Positions 38,254 to 48,715 of a DNA stretch of 64,000 bases are shown here, one piece after another. This DNA is from Patescibacteria group bacterium (GTDB lineage Bacteria > Patescibacteriota > Microgenomatia > UBA1400 > UBA12028). The notes beneath the pieces were generated by a model. That model ran no database searches. It saw only the letters and a list, made by a program, of their open reading frames with translations, and was not told where the DNA came from. The translations under genes were made by a program, and so were the position numbers. The stretch covers positions 9,777 to 73,776 of the forward strand of contig DATIJC010000002.1 in assembly GCA_035479015.1 (NCBI GenBank), in the 5' to 3' direction. Position 1 is the stretch's first letter. Each line of letters starts with the position of its first letter.

Positions 38254-38273
38254 GTCATTCCTGCGAAGGCAGG
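38254..38273. repeat. Palindromic element, truncated left half (copy C)
   Basis: Reads gtcattcctgcgaaggcagg then diverges. A second degenerate piece, ctggatcc...cgggatgac, lies at 38324-38370. Confidence 0.5.
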
Positions 38274-38439
38274 TTTACGAATACCCTCGCGGTAAATCCA
38301 TGCAATAAATATTCAATTCGTTTCTGGATCCTGGACAAGGCTCCTAATCGCCGCCTTTACCGGGATGACACACAACAACACAGTATTGTACCAAATCAAT
38401 ATAGATCGACCATCTTTCGACTTTGCTCAAGATAATTGA

Positions 38440-39633
38440 CTACAAGTCAATTACGTGGTTTCCCTGCTCGCGCGCTACGATCATGATCATGAAGAACATA
38501 AGAACCAAGATACCGGCAGCGGCAAAAAACGAGGATGAAACAGAGTGAACTGCGAGAGCCCCACCGACAAGTGGTCCGATAATGTTGGCTAGACTCGCAT
38601 AGGACTGATTAATACCCAAAATACCTCCCTGATCTTCCTTGCGTGCATGTTTAGAAAGCAGCGCAGTCAGCAGCGGCAAGAGGAAGGAGTTCCCGATAGC
38701 CATAACAATCGAAGCAAAAATGAACATGTGGAAGGTGTGAGAGAAACCCATGATGACAAAGCTCAGTGTGGTAATTATGACGCCAGCGATAAGCAGCGGA
38801 ATTTCACCAAATTTTTTAACTAACTTCCCTACGCCAAATCCCTGCATGATGAGTCCGATCACTCCAAAGATGACAAATAAGAGGGAAATGTTACTCGGTG
38901 ATAACAACAAAATGTCATTGGTAAATTTCTGGAACGCCAGAATGAAAATTGAGAAAGCGAATGTTGCGATAAAGCTTGAAATGAGTAGCAGTCCAATGAA
39001 TGGCTCAAACAATGCATCCACGAGATGGCGCAAATTAAACATAGCAGCGATTGCTTTGTGTTCTATGTTTTCTTTCACAAGTGACTCTTTCAAAACAAAC
39101 GCAGATAAGAGTGCACAGACTAGAGAAATCGCTGCAGCGAAATAAAATGGAGCTGCTAGTGAGATGTTACTTAATACTCCGCCAATGGCTGGACCAAAGA
39201 CGAAACCAAATCCAAATGAAGCTCCTAAGATGCCAAACCATTTAGCCCGCTCCTGCGGAGTGGTCAAATCACTCATGACAGCTTGCGCAACAGAGATGTT
39301 CCCGCCTGAAATACCGTCTAAGATCCGTGCTAAGAAAACTATTGGAGCGCTCTGAGCAATCGCCATGAGAAAGAAGGAGACTGCAGTTCCAAGAACGCTA
39401 TAGACAAGCATTGGCTTCCGGCCGAACCTGTCTGATAGACGGCCGATGATGGGCGTAGAGATGAATTGTGCCAATGAGAACGCTGAGAAAAGTACTCCAA
39501 TCAAAAAAGTATTGATGCCAAACCTGGCCACATATGAGTACTGCAATGGAATAATAATCCCATACCCTAGGGCGTTGACCACGGCTACTAGAGAAATGAT
39601 CCAGAGAGAGCGCTGTTTTGATGCATTATCCAT
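38440..39633 (-). CDS. MFS transporter
   Basis: 12-TM MFS topology with a GRLSDRFGRK motif. The ATG at 39633 avoids overlap with rmlD; the track ORF extends to 39780. Confidence 0.75.
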   Translation of the reverse strand: MDNASKQRSLWIISLVAVVNALGYGIIIPLQYSYVARFGINTFLIGVLFSAFSLAQFISTPIIGRLSDRFGRKPMLVYSVLGTAVSFFLMAIAQSAPIVFLARILDGISGGNISVAQAVMSDLTTPQERAKWFGILGASFGFGFVFGPAIGGVLSNISLAAPFYFAAAISLVCALLSAFVLKESLVKENIEHKAIAAMFNLRHLVDALFEPFIGLLLISSFIATFAFSIFILAFQKFTNDILLLSPSNISLLFVIFGVIGLIMQGFGVGKLVKKFGEIPLLIAGVIITTLSFVIMGFSHTFHMFIFASIVMAIGNSFLLPLLTALLSKHARKEDQGGILGINQSYASLANIIGPLVGGALAVHSVSSSFFAAAGILVLMFFMIMIVAREQGNHVIDL

Positions 39634-39641
39634 AAGACTCT

Positions 39642-40472
39642 CTATTTTGTCATGAGAGAGCGAAGTTTGGAAGTGTCTAATGCGGTATTGCGCTGATATG
39701 GCCGCTGGCTGGTCTTGAGATATTCCGTGAGACTTCCTTCGCTGACTAGGCCCGCCAAACTGAACTTTTCTTTTACCCACAGGGCAAAAGTGTAATCAGA
39801 AAAAATCGGCTCGGTAGTCGCATGGAAAATACCATTTGGAGCATTTTGAACACAAAAGTGCAAAATGTCAGCAAATTTTTCAATTGATGTTGGAGTCCAA
39901 CTAGTATCACTAAATTGCGGCGGCAGTGAATTTGTTTCCAATTTCCCTTTTACTTTATGCAAGATGTCGGGCTTCGGGAATTCATCCAGCCGATATGGGC
40001 GGTCAATGCGCAAGATCGAATACCTCTCACAAATTTTTTGCACTTCCTCTTCTGCCCAAGCTTTAGTTTGCCCATACCATTCGATCGGGTGTGTCTGATC
40101 ATCTTCTACGTACGGTGTCTGTTTTTGTCCATCAAATACATATGCCGTAGAAATGTGAACCAAATGTTTGCCAAATTCTTTCGCTGCTTTGGCAATATTT
40201 TGTGTACCGACGACATTTACTTGGTATGTCAAACCTTCTTTATTCCCATTCTCTTCAAACGCTTTACCAACATCGGTAAAGGCAGCAAAATGGACAATCA
40301 CCGGACTCTTACTTTTCTCTACCGCACTGTGAACTTGTGCCTCGTTGAGAATATTTACACCAGTAGAAAGATCTAAGTTTTCAAACTCATATGTATCTGA
40401 ATACATTTCGACAAATTTCGATCCCACCAGACCAGAAAGCCCTGTACCTAAAAGGGGAATTTTATTTGCCAT
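39642..40472 (-). CDS. rfbD: dTDP-4-dehydrorhamnose reductase
   Basis: Rossmann N-terminus (LLGTGLSGLVGS) and a YGQTK catalytic motif. The start at 40472 overlaps rfbB by 11 nt. Confidence 0.7.
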   Translation of the reverse strand: MANKIPLLGTGLSGLVGSKFVEMYSDTYEFENLDLSTGVNILNEAQVHSAVEKSKSPVIVHFAAFTDVGKAFEENGNKEGLTYQVNVVGTQNIAKAAKEFGKHLVHISTAYVFDGQKQTPYVEDDQTHPIEWYGQTKAWAEEEVQKICERYSILRIDRPYRLDEFPKPDILHKVKGKLETNSLPPQFSDTSWTPTSIEKFADILHFCVQNAPNGIFHATTEPIFSDYTFALWVKEKFSLAGLVSEGSLTEYLKTSQRPYQRNTALDTSKLRSLMTK

Positions 40473-41472
40473 ACTGTTTTTTGTAATACGCGTCAAACTG
40501 CGCGCCCTTGAGTGGTTTCCACCAAGCTTCATTTGTTTTATACCAATCAATTGTTTTTTGCAGACCTTGTTCTAGCGTCACTGATGGTGACCAACTTAAT
40601 TCGTTATGAATTTTTGTCCAATCGATTGCATAACGCACGTCATGACCAGGACGGTCTTTGACATACTCAATGCTTGACTCATCTTTGCCCATGAGCTTTA
40701 AGATCATCTTTATCGCTTCGACATTTGGCACATCTTGGTTCATGCCACCTACGCAGTAGGTACTGTTTTCTTTTCCTTGCAAGATTACTTTTTCGATCGC
40801 ACTACAGTGATCTTCTACAAACAACCAATCACGCACTTGCAGACCATCGCCATAGACCGGCACTTTCTTTCCTTCTAAAATGTTGGTGATAGCGAGAGGG
40901 ATAAGTTTCTCTGGATAATGATATGGGCCATAATTATTACTACAATTCGTGATCGAATAGGGAAGACCATAGGTATCACCAAAAGCCCGCACAAAATGAT
41001 CCGAAGATGCTTTTGACGCACTATACGGTGAGTGCGGCATATACGGTGTGGCTTCATTAAATTTATTCGCTGAACCTTGCTCTAAACTTCCAAATACTTC
41101 ATCAGTACTAATGTGGTGAAATCGTTTTACTTTTGCATCTCGGGCGGCCTCAAGCAGTGTATATGTACCAATTACATTTGTTTGGATAAATGCACCCGGA
41201 TCCATGATCGAACGATCTACGTGTGATTCGGCGGCGAAATGTACCACGATATCTACGCCTTCCATCACTTTGGCAACCAGTTCTTTATCACAGATATTTC
41301 CTTCTACAAAAGAATAATTCGGATTATTTTCCAAATCAGTAAGACTTGCCTTGTTTCCTGCATACGTTAAAAAATCCAAATTCGTGATGTGGTCATCAGG
41401 ATGATTCTTCAACCAATAATGGATAAAGTTCGAGCCGATAAATCCAGCCCCGCCGGTAACAAGTAGGTTCAT
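40462..41472 (-). CDS. rfbB: dTDP-glucose 4,6-dehydratase
   Basis: Contains TGGAGFIGSNF and a YSASK catalytic motif. Confidence 0.9.
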   Translation of the reverse strand: MNLLVTGGAGFIGSNFIHYWLKNHPDDHITNLDFLTYAGNKASLTDLENNPNYSFVEGNICDKELVAKVMEGVDIVVHFAAESHVDRSIMDPGAFIQTNVIGTYTLLEAARDAKVKRFHHISTDEVFGSLEQGSANKFNEATPYMPHSPYSASKASSDHFVRAFGDTYGLPYSITNCSNNYGPYHYPEKLIPLAITNILEGKKVPVYGDGLQVRDWLFVEDHCSAIEKVILQGKENSTYCVGGMNQDVPNVEAIKMILKLMGKDESSIEYVKDRPGHDVRYAIDWTKIHNELSWSPSVTLEQGLQKTIDWYKTNEAWWKPLKGAQFDAYYKKQYGK

Positions 41473-41614
41473 AGTTTTTTTATTCTACACTCACCGCTCA
41501 AACCTTGAGTAATACAGCGGCCACGTAGCGTGCGGAATTCCTCGTAATACAGACCCGCAATAATACTTGCAACAACGAGTAAGACGAAAAGAATTTGACT
41601 GAGAGTTTTTTGCT

Positions 41615-41857
41615 TCATTCAATGATGACGGTTTTTGCTTCAAACCGCTCTCCTCTTGTTAAGGATAACTTGGATACTGGCAAGCGTAAATGGTGAGCCA
41701 ATAATTTCAATCCCTCTTTTGCAGCGCGCCCTTTATCAGGCGGAGCCTTTGTGTGCACCTCAAACGTAGTTTCATCCAAAGCAATTACCTCATCACGGCT
41801 CGATCTAGATTTCAAATTCATCGTTAGCACTTGCATATTATTTGAACCAATCGCCAA
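41615..41857 (-). CDS. DUF167 (YggU-like) family protein
   Basis: 80 aa protein with a pattern of EVHTKAPPDKGRAAKEGLKLLAHHLRLP...L.RGE.F.AKTV. Confidence 0.5.
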   Translation of the reverse strand: MAIGSNNMQVLTMNLKSRSSRDEVIALDETTFEVHTKAPPDKGRAAKEGLKLLAHHLRLPVSKLSLTRGERFEAKTVIIE

Positions 41858-42953
41858 CCTGTTTTTGTATTGTCTTCCATGTAGGATCTACTGGTAGATA
41901 CACCCAGGCACCCCCGGCAAACCTGTCCGGGTGAACGAACACTCCTGAGGAATACTTTGTTTGGATCATAAATTGATGCGTAGTTAGACTGGGAAAAACT
42001 CCCTTCTTGGCAAACTGGAGTCCCAAATTTTCGGCCTCACCAAAAGGGAAGTACCCATCAATATTTTCGAGATAAAATCTCAACAGGTTTCCCATCCGTT
42101 CCGGATAGCGGACATTTGTAGGATTTTTCAGTGAGGAAAGCAGAGCTTCTAAAACTAATTGTTGGCGATGTACACGAGCATCGTCTGTCCCCTCAATCGG
42201 ATCACTGCTGTGCCGCGAGCGCATGTACTGCAATGCCCTAGTTCCACTCATGTGTTCGGTTCCTTGGACAAAGGTAACAGTTTCATACAATAATTTAGGG
42301 TCTTTGACTACACGCACATCCACGTCCGTGCGTGGGAACTGCGTATCAGTAAAAGACCGCTCCACATGAACATCGATACCACCCAAGGCATCTATCATCT
42401 TCCCGACCGCTTCGATATCGATTGGGATCACGTAGTGGATAGGCAGCCCAGAAATTTGTTCAACAGAATCCTTAATAAGTTTTGCACCTCCTAATTGATA
42501 GAGTGCGTTGATTTTCGTTTTGTCTTGGACAAGATAGAGATCGCGCGGGAAAGAAAAAGTCGTGACCGATCCTGAGTTAGAGTTTACGGACACTACCATA
42601 ATTGTGTCCGTTAAAATAGTATTTTCGTCACGGTTAGACAGTTTATCCAAACCTAAAAGCAAGATGTTTGTTCTCCCCGCTGTCTGTTTAACTTGTGCTT
42701 CCCGCCCACTCAATACTGTCTGTACTAATCTAGGGAAGGGGAGATTCGCACCATTGGAAACTTTTTGCACATAATATGCGCTGACACCGCCAATAATAAG
42801 TGAGATCAGCAGTACCCCACCAATAATAACCGCTGCTACTCCAGCAAGCAGTGTAGTGATTATGCGAAGTGTGTGAAATAAAACGTGATCTACTGGATGA
42901 GCCTTAGCAGGCAAATGCGGTTCACTAGTTACGCGCTTTTTTTTCTTTGGCAT
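41838..42953 (-). CDS. LytR-CpsA-Psr (LCP) family protein
   Basis: Has an N-terminal TM helix and an LCP core (NILLLGLDKLSNRD...TDTIMVVSVN...SFPRDLYL). Confidence 0.75.
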   Translation of the reverse strand: MPKKKKRVTSEPHLPAKAHPVDHVLFHTLRIITTLLAGVAAVIIGGVLLISLIIGGVSAYYVQKVSNGANLPFPRLVQTVLSGREAQVKQTAGRTNILLLGLDKLSNRDENTILTDTIMVVSVNSNSGSVTTFSFPRDLYLVQDKTKINALYQLGGAKLIKDSVEQISGLPIHYVIPIDIEAVGKMIDALGGIDVHVERSFTDTQFPRTDVDVRVVKDPKLLYETVTFVQGTEHMSGTRALQYMRSRHSSDPIEGTDDARVHRQQLVLEALLSSLKNPTNVRYPERMGNLLRFYLENIDGYFPFGEAENLGLQFAKKGVFPSLTTHQFMIQTKYSSGVFVHPDRFAGGAWVYLPVDPTWKTIQKQVGDWFK

Positions 42954-42957
42954 AGAC

Positions 42958-45906
42958 TTATCTTAGTTCTTTGGCCAAAAATTGACCAGTGAGGGATTCG
43001 GGATTCCCGGCAACCTCACTTGGAGTACCAATTGTCACGACCTCACCGCCAGCATCACCGCCTTCAGGTCCTAAATCAATGATCCAATCTGCATTCTTGA
43101 TCACGTCTAAGTTATGTTCAATGACCACTACTGTATTGCCGCTGTCGACGAGACGGCGGAGCACTAAGAGCAGATTTTGAATATCTTCAAAGTGTAAACC
43201 AGTTGTCGGCTCATCAAGTAAGTACATCACATGCTCCTGACTTCGAAGTGATAACTCCCGCGCTAGTTTGACACGCTGCGCTTCACCACCAGAGAGTGTT
43301 GGTGCACTTTGACCCAAGGTCATGTATCCAAGTCCTACGTCCTGCAAAGTTAGTAACTTATGCTGAATGGACCCATGATGTGCAAAGAAATTGACTGCCT
43401 CATCAATACTCATCGCCAATACTTGGGCAATATTTTTCTCTTTATATAACACATCTAACGTCTCTGCGTTGTAGCGAGTGCCTTTACAAATATCACAAGT
43501 TACATAGACATCCGGCAAAAATTGCATCTCTATTTTCACTTGCCCCTCTCCCTGACACGCCTCACACCGGCCGCCCTTGACATTGAAACTAAATCTGCCG
43601 GCTCCAAATCCCCGCGCGTGTGCATCTTGAGTGCTGGCATATACCGTGCGTATTAGATCAAATACCTTTGTGTACGTAGCGGGATTACTGCGGGGCGTCT
43701 TGCCGATCGGACTTTGATCAATCAAGGAAATCCGTTTTAGCGCTGGATCTGCCTGCAGACTATCGATCTGGCCAAGCGGTTCATGAACAATGTACCCCAA
43801 CTCTTTTGCTAGATTTCGATATAACGTCTCGTGCAAAAGCGTAGATTTACCCGATCCAGACACACCTGTAATACAGATAAATTTTGACAAGGGGAATGAG
43901 ACATCTATACTTTTGAGGTTATGAGCCCGGGCTCCGGTAATATCTACATTACCATCCACAATTTTAGTGGCTTCGCGTTTTTCAGGTAACTTCACTTTTT
44001 TCTTACCACAAAGGTATTTACCAGTCAGTGATGCTGGATTTTTAATCAGATCCTCTACTTTGCCTGCCGCTACTACTTCACCGCCGTTTTTTCCTGCCCG
44101 CGGGCCAAAGTCCACTACCCAGTCTGCTGCCTCAATAGTCTCACGATCATGTTCGACAACAATCACAGAGTTGCCTAGATCGCGCAGTCTGTGTAGCGTA
44201 GCAATCAAACGCTCATTGTCGCGCGGATGCAATCCAATCGTCGGTTCATCCAGAACGTAAAGCACGCCCGTAAGACCCGTACCAATCTGTGATGCCAAAC
44301 GGATACGCTGGGCCTCACCACCTGCGAGTGTGCCCGCTTCGCGCGATAGTGAAAGATACGTGAGTCCGACTGAATCCAAAAACTCCAACCGTTCTTGGAT
44401 CTCTTTCAAAATACTGGCAGCGATGAAGTTTTCTTTTTCTGTCACCAACCCTTTGGTCAAACCGCTCTTTTTCAAGTTTTGTATCCAAACTTTTGCATGG
44501 CTGATAGGGAAGTCACACACGGCAGCAATGCTCAGTCCATCTACATGAACTGCGAGGCTTTCTGGTTTTAGACGCTTACCATTACAGGCTGGACAAATTT
44601 GCCGCTCCATAAAGCGCTCAATTTCCGCCCGCATAAATTCAGACTCGGATTCAGTGTACTTGCGCTCTAAGTATGAGACAAATCCCTCAAACTTCTCTTC
44701 TATCTGCGTCTCATTGCCGAATCGATTAGTTCCAAACACTCTGTGTAATTTTGGCGCATCACCTGATAACAGCACATTTTTTACGGTGTCAGAAAGTTTT
44801 TCCCAAGGTGTTCGCAAGTTTCCACCGTATTCGGATACTACTTGCGTCACAAGACGGGAAAACCAAGAGTCGCCGCTCATCACCCGTTCGAAAGGAATCA
44901 CCGCTCCTTCCGCTAACGTGAGGGAAGACGCAATTAATTTTTCCGGGATCACTTTGAGCAGCGACCCTAAACCATTACAGGTCTCGCACGCACCATGTGG
45001 CGTATTGAAAGAAAAGATCCGTGGTTCTATCTCAGGGAGTGAAGTTCCATCAAATGGGCACAGGAATTTCTCCGAATACAAGACATCTTCCATGTTTTTG
45101 GGTTTATCAGGAAATGAGAGAGAGGCATCAGTTACAAAACTAACCACGGTTAGTCCATCAGCTAACTTCAATGAGATTTCAATATCAGCTGCTAGTCTGG
45201 AGCGGAAGTCCTTGCGCTCGCTGTCATCACGTAGCATCTTACGGTCAATCACCAACCGGTCGATAACCGCGCTGATGGTGTGTTTGTTATTCTTTAGTAA
45301 GAGAAAGTCCTCATCTACTTCAAAGACTGTTCCGTCCACCCGGACCCGGGAAAACCCCTTCTTCTTGAGGTTTTCAAACAGCGAGGTAAACTCCCCTTTG
45401 CGGTCACGAACCACAGGGGAGAGGATCATAAGCCGTACACCAGAGGTAATCTCACTACGGCCTTCAATTTTTTCCATGACCGCATTAACGATTTCATCGA
45501 TTGAGCTGCGTTTGATTTCACGGCCGCATGTCGGACAATGTGGGCGACCTATGCGGGCATAGAGTAACCGCAAGTAATCATATATTTCGGTTATCGTCCC
45601 CACTGTCGATCGTGGATTGTGCGACGTGGTCTTCTGATCGATAGAAATAGCGGGGGAGAGTCCACCGATAAAGTCGACATCTGGCTTACCCATTACCCCA
45701 AGAAATTGACGTGCATAGGACGAGAGGCTCTCTACGTACCTGCGTTGTCCCTCGGCATAGATCGTGTCAAACGCGAGGGATGACTTCCCACTACCTGACA
45801 TCCCGGTGAGTACTACGAGCTTGTTTTTAGGTAGATCAAGATCAACATTCTTGAGATTATGTTGTCGTGCTCCTCGAATAGAAATGAAGTCTTGGTTGCC
45901 AGTCAT
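42958..45906 (-). CDS. uvrA: Excinuclease ABC subunit A
   Basis: 982 aa protein with two ABC modules (GMSGSGKSSL and GVSGSGKSTL) and zinc-finger cysteine clusters. Confidence 0.95.
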   Translation of the reverse strand: MTGNQDFISIRGARQHNLKNVDLDLPKNKLVVLTGMSGSGKSSLAFDTIYAEGQRRYVESLSSYARQFLGVMGKPDVDFIGGLSPAISIDQKTTSHNPRSTVGTITEIYDYLRLLYARIGRPHCPTCGREIKRSSIDEIVNAVMEKIEGRSEITSGVRLMILSPVVRDRKGEFTSLFENLKKKGFSRVRVDGTVFEVDEDFLLLKNNKHTISAVIDRLVIDRKMLRDDSERKDFRSRLAADIEISLKLADGLTVVSFVTDASLSFPDKPKNMEDVLYSEKFLCPFDGTSLPEIEPRIFSFNTPHGACETCNGLGSLLKVIPEKLIASSLTLAEGAVIPFERVMSGDSWFSRLVTQVVSEYGGNLRTPWEKLSDTVKNVLLSGDAPKLHRVFGTNRFGNETQIEEKFEGFVSYLERKYTESESEFMRAEIERFMERQICPACNGKRLKPESLAVHVDGLSIAAVCDFPISHAKVWIQNLKKSGLTKGLVTEKENFIAASILKEIQERLEFLDSVGLTYLSLSREAGTLAGGEAQRIRLASQIGTGLTGVLYVLDEPTIGLHPRDNERLIATLHRLRDLGNSVIVVEHDRETIEAADWVVDFGPRAGKNGGEVVAAGKVEDLIKNPASLTGKYLCGKKKVKLPEKREATKIVDGNVDITGARAHNLKSIDVSFPLSKFICITGVSGSGKSTLLHETLYRNLAKELGYIVHEPLGQIDSLQADPALKRISLIDQSPIGKTPRSNPATYTKVFDLIRTVYASTQDAHARGFGAGRFSFNVKGGRCEACQGEGQVKIEMQFLPDVYVTCDICKGTRYNAETLDVLYKEKNIAQVLAMSIDEAVNFFAHHGSIQHKLLTLQDVGLGYMTLGQSAPTLSGGEAQRVKLARELSLRSQEHVMYLLDEPTTGLHFEDIQNLLLVLRRLVDSGNTVVVIEHNLDVIKNADWIIDLGPEGGDAGGEVVTIGTPSEVAGNPESLTGQFLAKELR

Positions 45907-45915
45907 GAATTGGTT

Positions 45916-45930
45916 ATTGTACCCTACTTT
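45916..45930 (-). promoter_or_regulatory. Candidate operator/promoter motif AAAGTAGGGTACAAT upstream of uvrA
   Basis: The minus strand reads AAAGTAGGGTACAAT, 9 nt before the uvrA ATG. It lies inside the inverted repeat TTGTAC-N16-GTACAA and resembles the lexA/uvrB motif. Confidence 0.3.
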
Positions 45931-46006
45931 TCTCTCGAGTACAATACAGTCAAGTTACTTCCCTATTGTGTATATATTTATTGCATCTTGAGCGGGAAAG
46001 GAATGC

Positions 46007-46249
46007 ATGGACAAATCAGAACGAAATCCCAATATCCTTGCATATCAGGCTGACTTAGTGGCTGGTTTGTTTGACGATTGTATGGATTGTTTCATTTTGT
46101 ATAAATTGGGCGATTTAGTTGGCATGTTCAGTTCCCAAAAAGAAGCAGCTTCGCATAACGAAGAAGGAATTGACTCATTTATACGTCGCCCAAGCGATGA
46201 TGTTGTAGATGTGCCAACTCCGCTTTGGATTGGAGATAAAGATGAGTAA
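46007..46249 (+). CDS. Hypothetical small protein, translationally coupled to metG
   Basis: 80 aa ORF whose stop codon overlaps the metG ATG. Confidence 0.4.
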   Translation: MDKSERNPNILAYQADLVAGLFDDCMDCFILYKLGDLVGMFSSQKEAASHNEEGIDSFIRRPSDDVVDVPTPLWIGDKDE

Positions 46250-47657
46250 GTTTTATATCACCACAGCTATACCGTACGTCAACGGCAAACCGCACATCGG
46301 CCACACGCTGGAATTTGTGCAAACAGACACGATTGCCCGGTTTCACAAACTTATGGGTGATGAGGTTACCCTACTTACCGGCTCTGATGAGAATTCGCTA
46401 AAAAATGTCCGCGCTGCAGAAAAAGAAAACATCTCTACAAAAGAACTGTTGGACAAATACACAGCTGTATGGAAAGAGTTTAGTCAATCGCTGGATATCG
46501 AAGTCGATGTATTCCAGCGCAGCTTCAATCCTAAAACTCACTTCCCTGGCGTGCAAAAATTATGGAAACTCTGTGCTGAGAGCGGAGATTTTTATAAGAA
46601 AAAATACCAAGGACTCTACTGCGTCGGCTGTGAACAATTTTATAAACCAGAAGATCTAGTGGACGGTAAATGCCCACTTCATCTCACCTACCCCGATCAA
46701 ATCGATGAAGAGAACTATTTTTTCAAACTCAGTAAGTATCAAGATCAAATTCGCCAATTGATTGAATCAGACACAGTCCATGTAGTTCCAGAAAAGATGA
46801 AACGTGAAGTTCTCACATTCATCGATAATGGACTGGAAGACTTCTCCGTTTCCCGTTCGCTCGAACGTGCCCGTGGGGTGGGCGTACCAGTACCTAATGA
46901 TGCCACCCAAGTCATGTATGTGTGGTTTGACGCGTTGGCAGTGTACATGACCGGCATCGGCTATGGCTGGGATGAGAAAAATTGGGAGAAGTTATGGCCG
47001 GCTGATGTCCACGTCATCGGAAAAGATATTGTCCGCTTCCATGCAATTTACTGGATCGGCATGTTACTCTCTGCAAAACTTCCCTTGCCAAAAACTATTA
47101 TGGTTCACGGTCATATAACTAGCGGTGGAGCCAAGATGAGCAAGAGCATTGGCAATGTGATCGACCCATATGAAGTGATCGCTAAATATGGCAAGGACTT
47201 TACACGTTTCTACTTGTTGTTTGAAGTTCCCACCTTGGATGACGGTGATTTTACCCTCAGCCGTGCTGATGAACTCTATTCATCAGAGTTTGTGAATGGC
47301 ATAGGCAATCTTGCGTCACGCGTAGCAGCATTGTGCGAGAAAAGCAGTAAAAGATTTCCGCCCATGGCGGATCAGCCTTGGGCTGACAAGTCAAAAATAC
47401 ATAACTATGATCTGCGAGAATCACTGCGAGGTGTTTGGCAAAACATGTGGCAGCTTAACAAACAATTGAGCGATGATGAGCCATGGAAGATGGAGACGGA
47501 TAAATTGGGCGAATACTTAGTGCCGGTAGTACAAAATTTGCGGCAAATTGCTTTTGACCTCTCCCCGTTTACACCGTCATTATCTGCAAAATTGCTCTCG
47601 CATTTTGGACAGGATAAAATCACAAAAATTGCTCCCCTGTTTCCAAAATTGCAATGA
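46242..47657 (+). CDS. metG: Methionyl-tRNA synthetase (short form)
   Basis: Contains the HIGH motif (HIGHTLEF), the KMSKS motif, and zinc knuckle cysteines. The ATG at 46242 follows the upstream ORF's stop codon. Confidence 0.9.
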   Translation: MSKFYITTAIPYVNGKPHIGHTLEFVQTDTIARFHKLMGDEVTLLTGSDENSLKNVRAAEKENISTKELLDKYTAVWKEFSQSLDIEVDVFQRSFNPKTHFPGVQKLWKLCAESGDFYKKKYQGLYCVGCEQFYKPEDLVDGKCPLHLTYPDQIDEENYFFKLSKYQDQIRQLIESDTVHVVPEKMKREVLTFIDNGLEDFSVSRSLERARGVGVPVPNDATQVMYVWFDALAVYMTGIGYGWDEKNWEKLWPADVHVIGKDIVRFHAIYWIGMLLSAKLPLPKTIMVHGHITSGGAKMSKSIGNVIDPYEVIAKYGKDFTRFYLLFEVPTLDDGDFTLSRADELYSSEFVNGIGNLASRVAALCEKSSKRFPPMADQPWADKSKIHNYDLRESLRGVWQNMWQLNKQLSDDEPWKMETDKLGEYLVPVVQNLRQIAFDLSPFTPSLSAKLLSHFGQDKITKIAPLFPKLQ

Positions 47658-48715
47658 AGTTTTTAACTCAGACTTTTCTTTTCTTGTGGATATTTTTTAT
47701 CCCTTCTTCCCTTGCCTACCACTACAATGTACAGACCGGATTAGTACACGGAATTTTGGTGGATTATCGAATCCCTATCATTAGTGCGGATGTACTATTT
47801 TTTATTGCGTTTTTAGCATTGTCATTCCTGCGAAGGCAGGAATCCAGTCAACTAAAAAAACTTCTTGTGTTTTCTATCGGTTTTACAATGATCTTTCAGT
47901 TTTGCCTTGCTCTTTTTCAAACTATCTTTCAGCGCTCTTTATTTGGTTATCTTCCCTTTGGTGAAGTGGATTATCACTCACCCGCCATCGCTAAAGGCGT
48001 ATTCAACGGTTTCATTTATAAACTTCCATATGGGACAACCGTTCATCCAAATATTCTTGCCGGCTTCTTTGTAGTGTGTTTTCTGGTTCTAGCAACATAC
48101 AAAACAAAGTTTCTTAAGTACTTTTTTTTAATGACACTATTAATCATCTTTCTCACACAATCCTTATCTGCACTTATCGCACTGCTAGCGGGAATACTTG
48201 TTTTCTTAATCAATAAAAAATATCTAAAACTTGCGAAGATTCTTGTAATTTTATTTGGATTAGGAGTTGTGTTTGTTTTATCCAATATTCGATATACCAA
48301 ATACGATATACCCTCGCTCGCTCGCCGTGCGCAGTTGGAACAATTGGCCTTTAGCATGATTCATGATCATCCGCTAACCGGGGTCGGCTGGAACAACTTT
48401 ACGCTAGAGATGGATAACTACGGCTATGTGCGTGGAAATGTACGTTTCCTACAGCCTGTGCACAATATGTTCCTATTATTGATTAGTGAGCTGGGGATTT
48501 TCGGCATAGTGCTCGTGGCAATTTGGATCAAACTTATTTGGAAAGCGAATCAAATCACACTTGTGTTTTTGAGCGCCTTTACCGTGCTTAGCAGTTTTGA
48601 CCATTACCTGCTCACGCTCACCACGGGCCGCATGTTACTTATCCTGAGCCTCGTCGTGATAAAATTAGTCTCGTCTCGCCCCCATAGTTCAATGGATAAA
48701 ACAGGAGACTTCTAA
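47654..48715 (+). CDS. O-antigen ligase-like (Wzy_C) polytopic membrane protein
   Basis: About 10 TM helices and a large loop containing RRAQLEQLAFSMIHDHPLTGVGWNNF. It contains an in-frame palindromic element at 47821-47852, and its 3' end overlaps tRNA-Arg. Confidence 0.55.
   Translation: MKFLTQTFLFLWIFFIPSSLAYHYNVQTGLVHGILVDYRIPIISADVLFFIAFLALSFLRRQESSQLKKLLVFSIGFTMIFQFCLALFQTIFQRSLFGYLPFGEVDYHSPAIAKGVFNGFIYKLPYGTTVHPNILAGFFVVCFLVLATYKTKFLKYFFLMTLLIIFLTQSLSALIALLAGILVFLINKKYLKLAKILVILFGLGVVFVLSNIRYTKYDIPSLARRAQLEQLAFSMIHDHPLTGVGWNNFTLEMDNYGYVRGNVRFLQPVHNMFLLLISELGIFGIVLVAIWIKLIWKANQITLVFLSAFTVLSSFDHYLLTLTTGRMLLILSLVVIKLVSSRPHSSMDKTGDF
47821..47852. repeat. Palindromic REP/MITE-like element, copy D, in frame inside a CDS
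   Basis: Identical 32-mer gtcattcctgcgaaggcaggaatccagtcaac. It is translated as LSFLRRQESSQL. Confidence 0.7.

Noticed and set aside
44654-45562. 302-aa ORF antisense within uvrA
   Set aside because: It gives a Ser/Arg-rich, low-complexity translation, and sits entirely inside the highly conserved uvrA coding region. It is an antisense artifact of a long GC-balanced gene.
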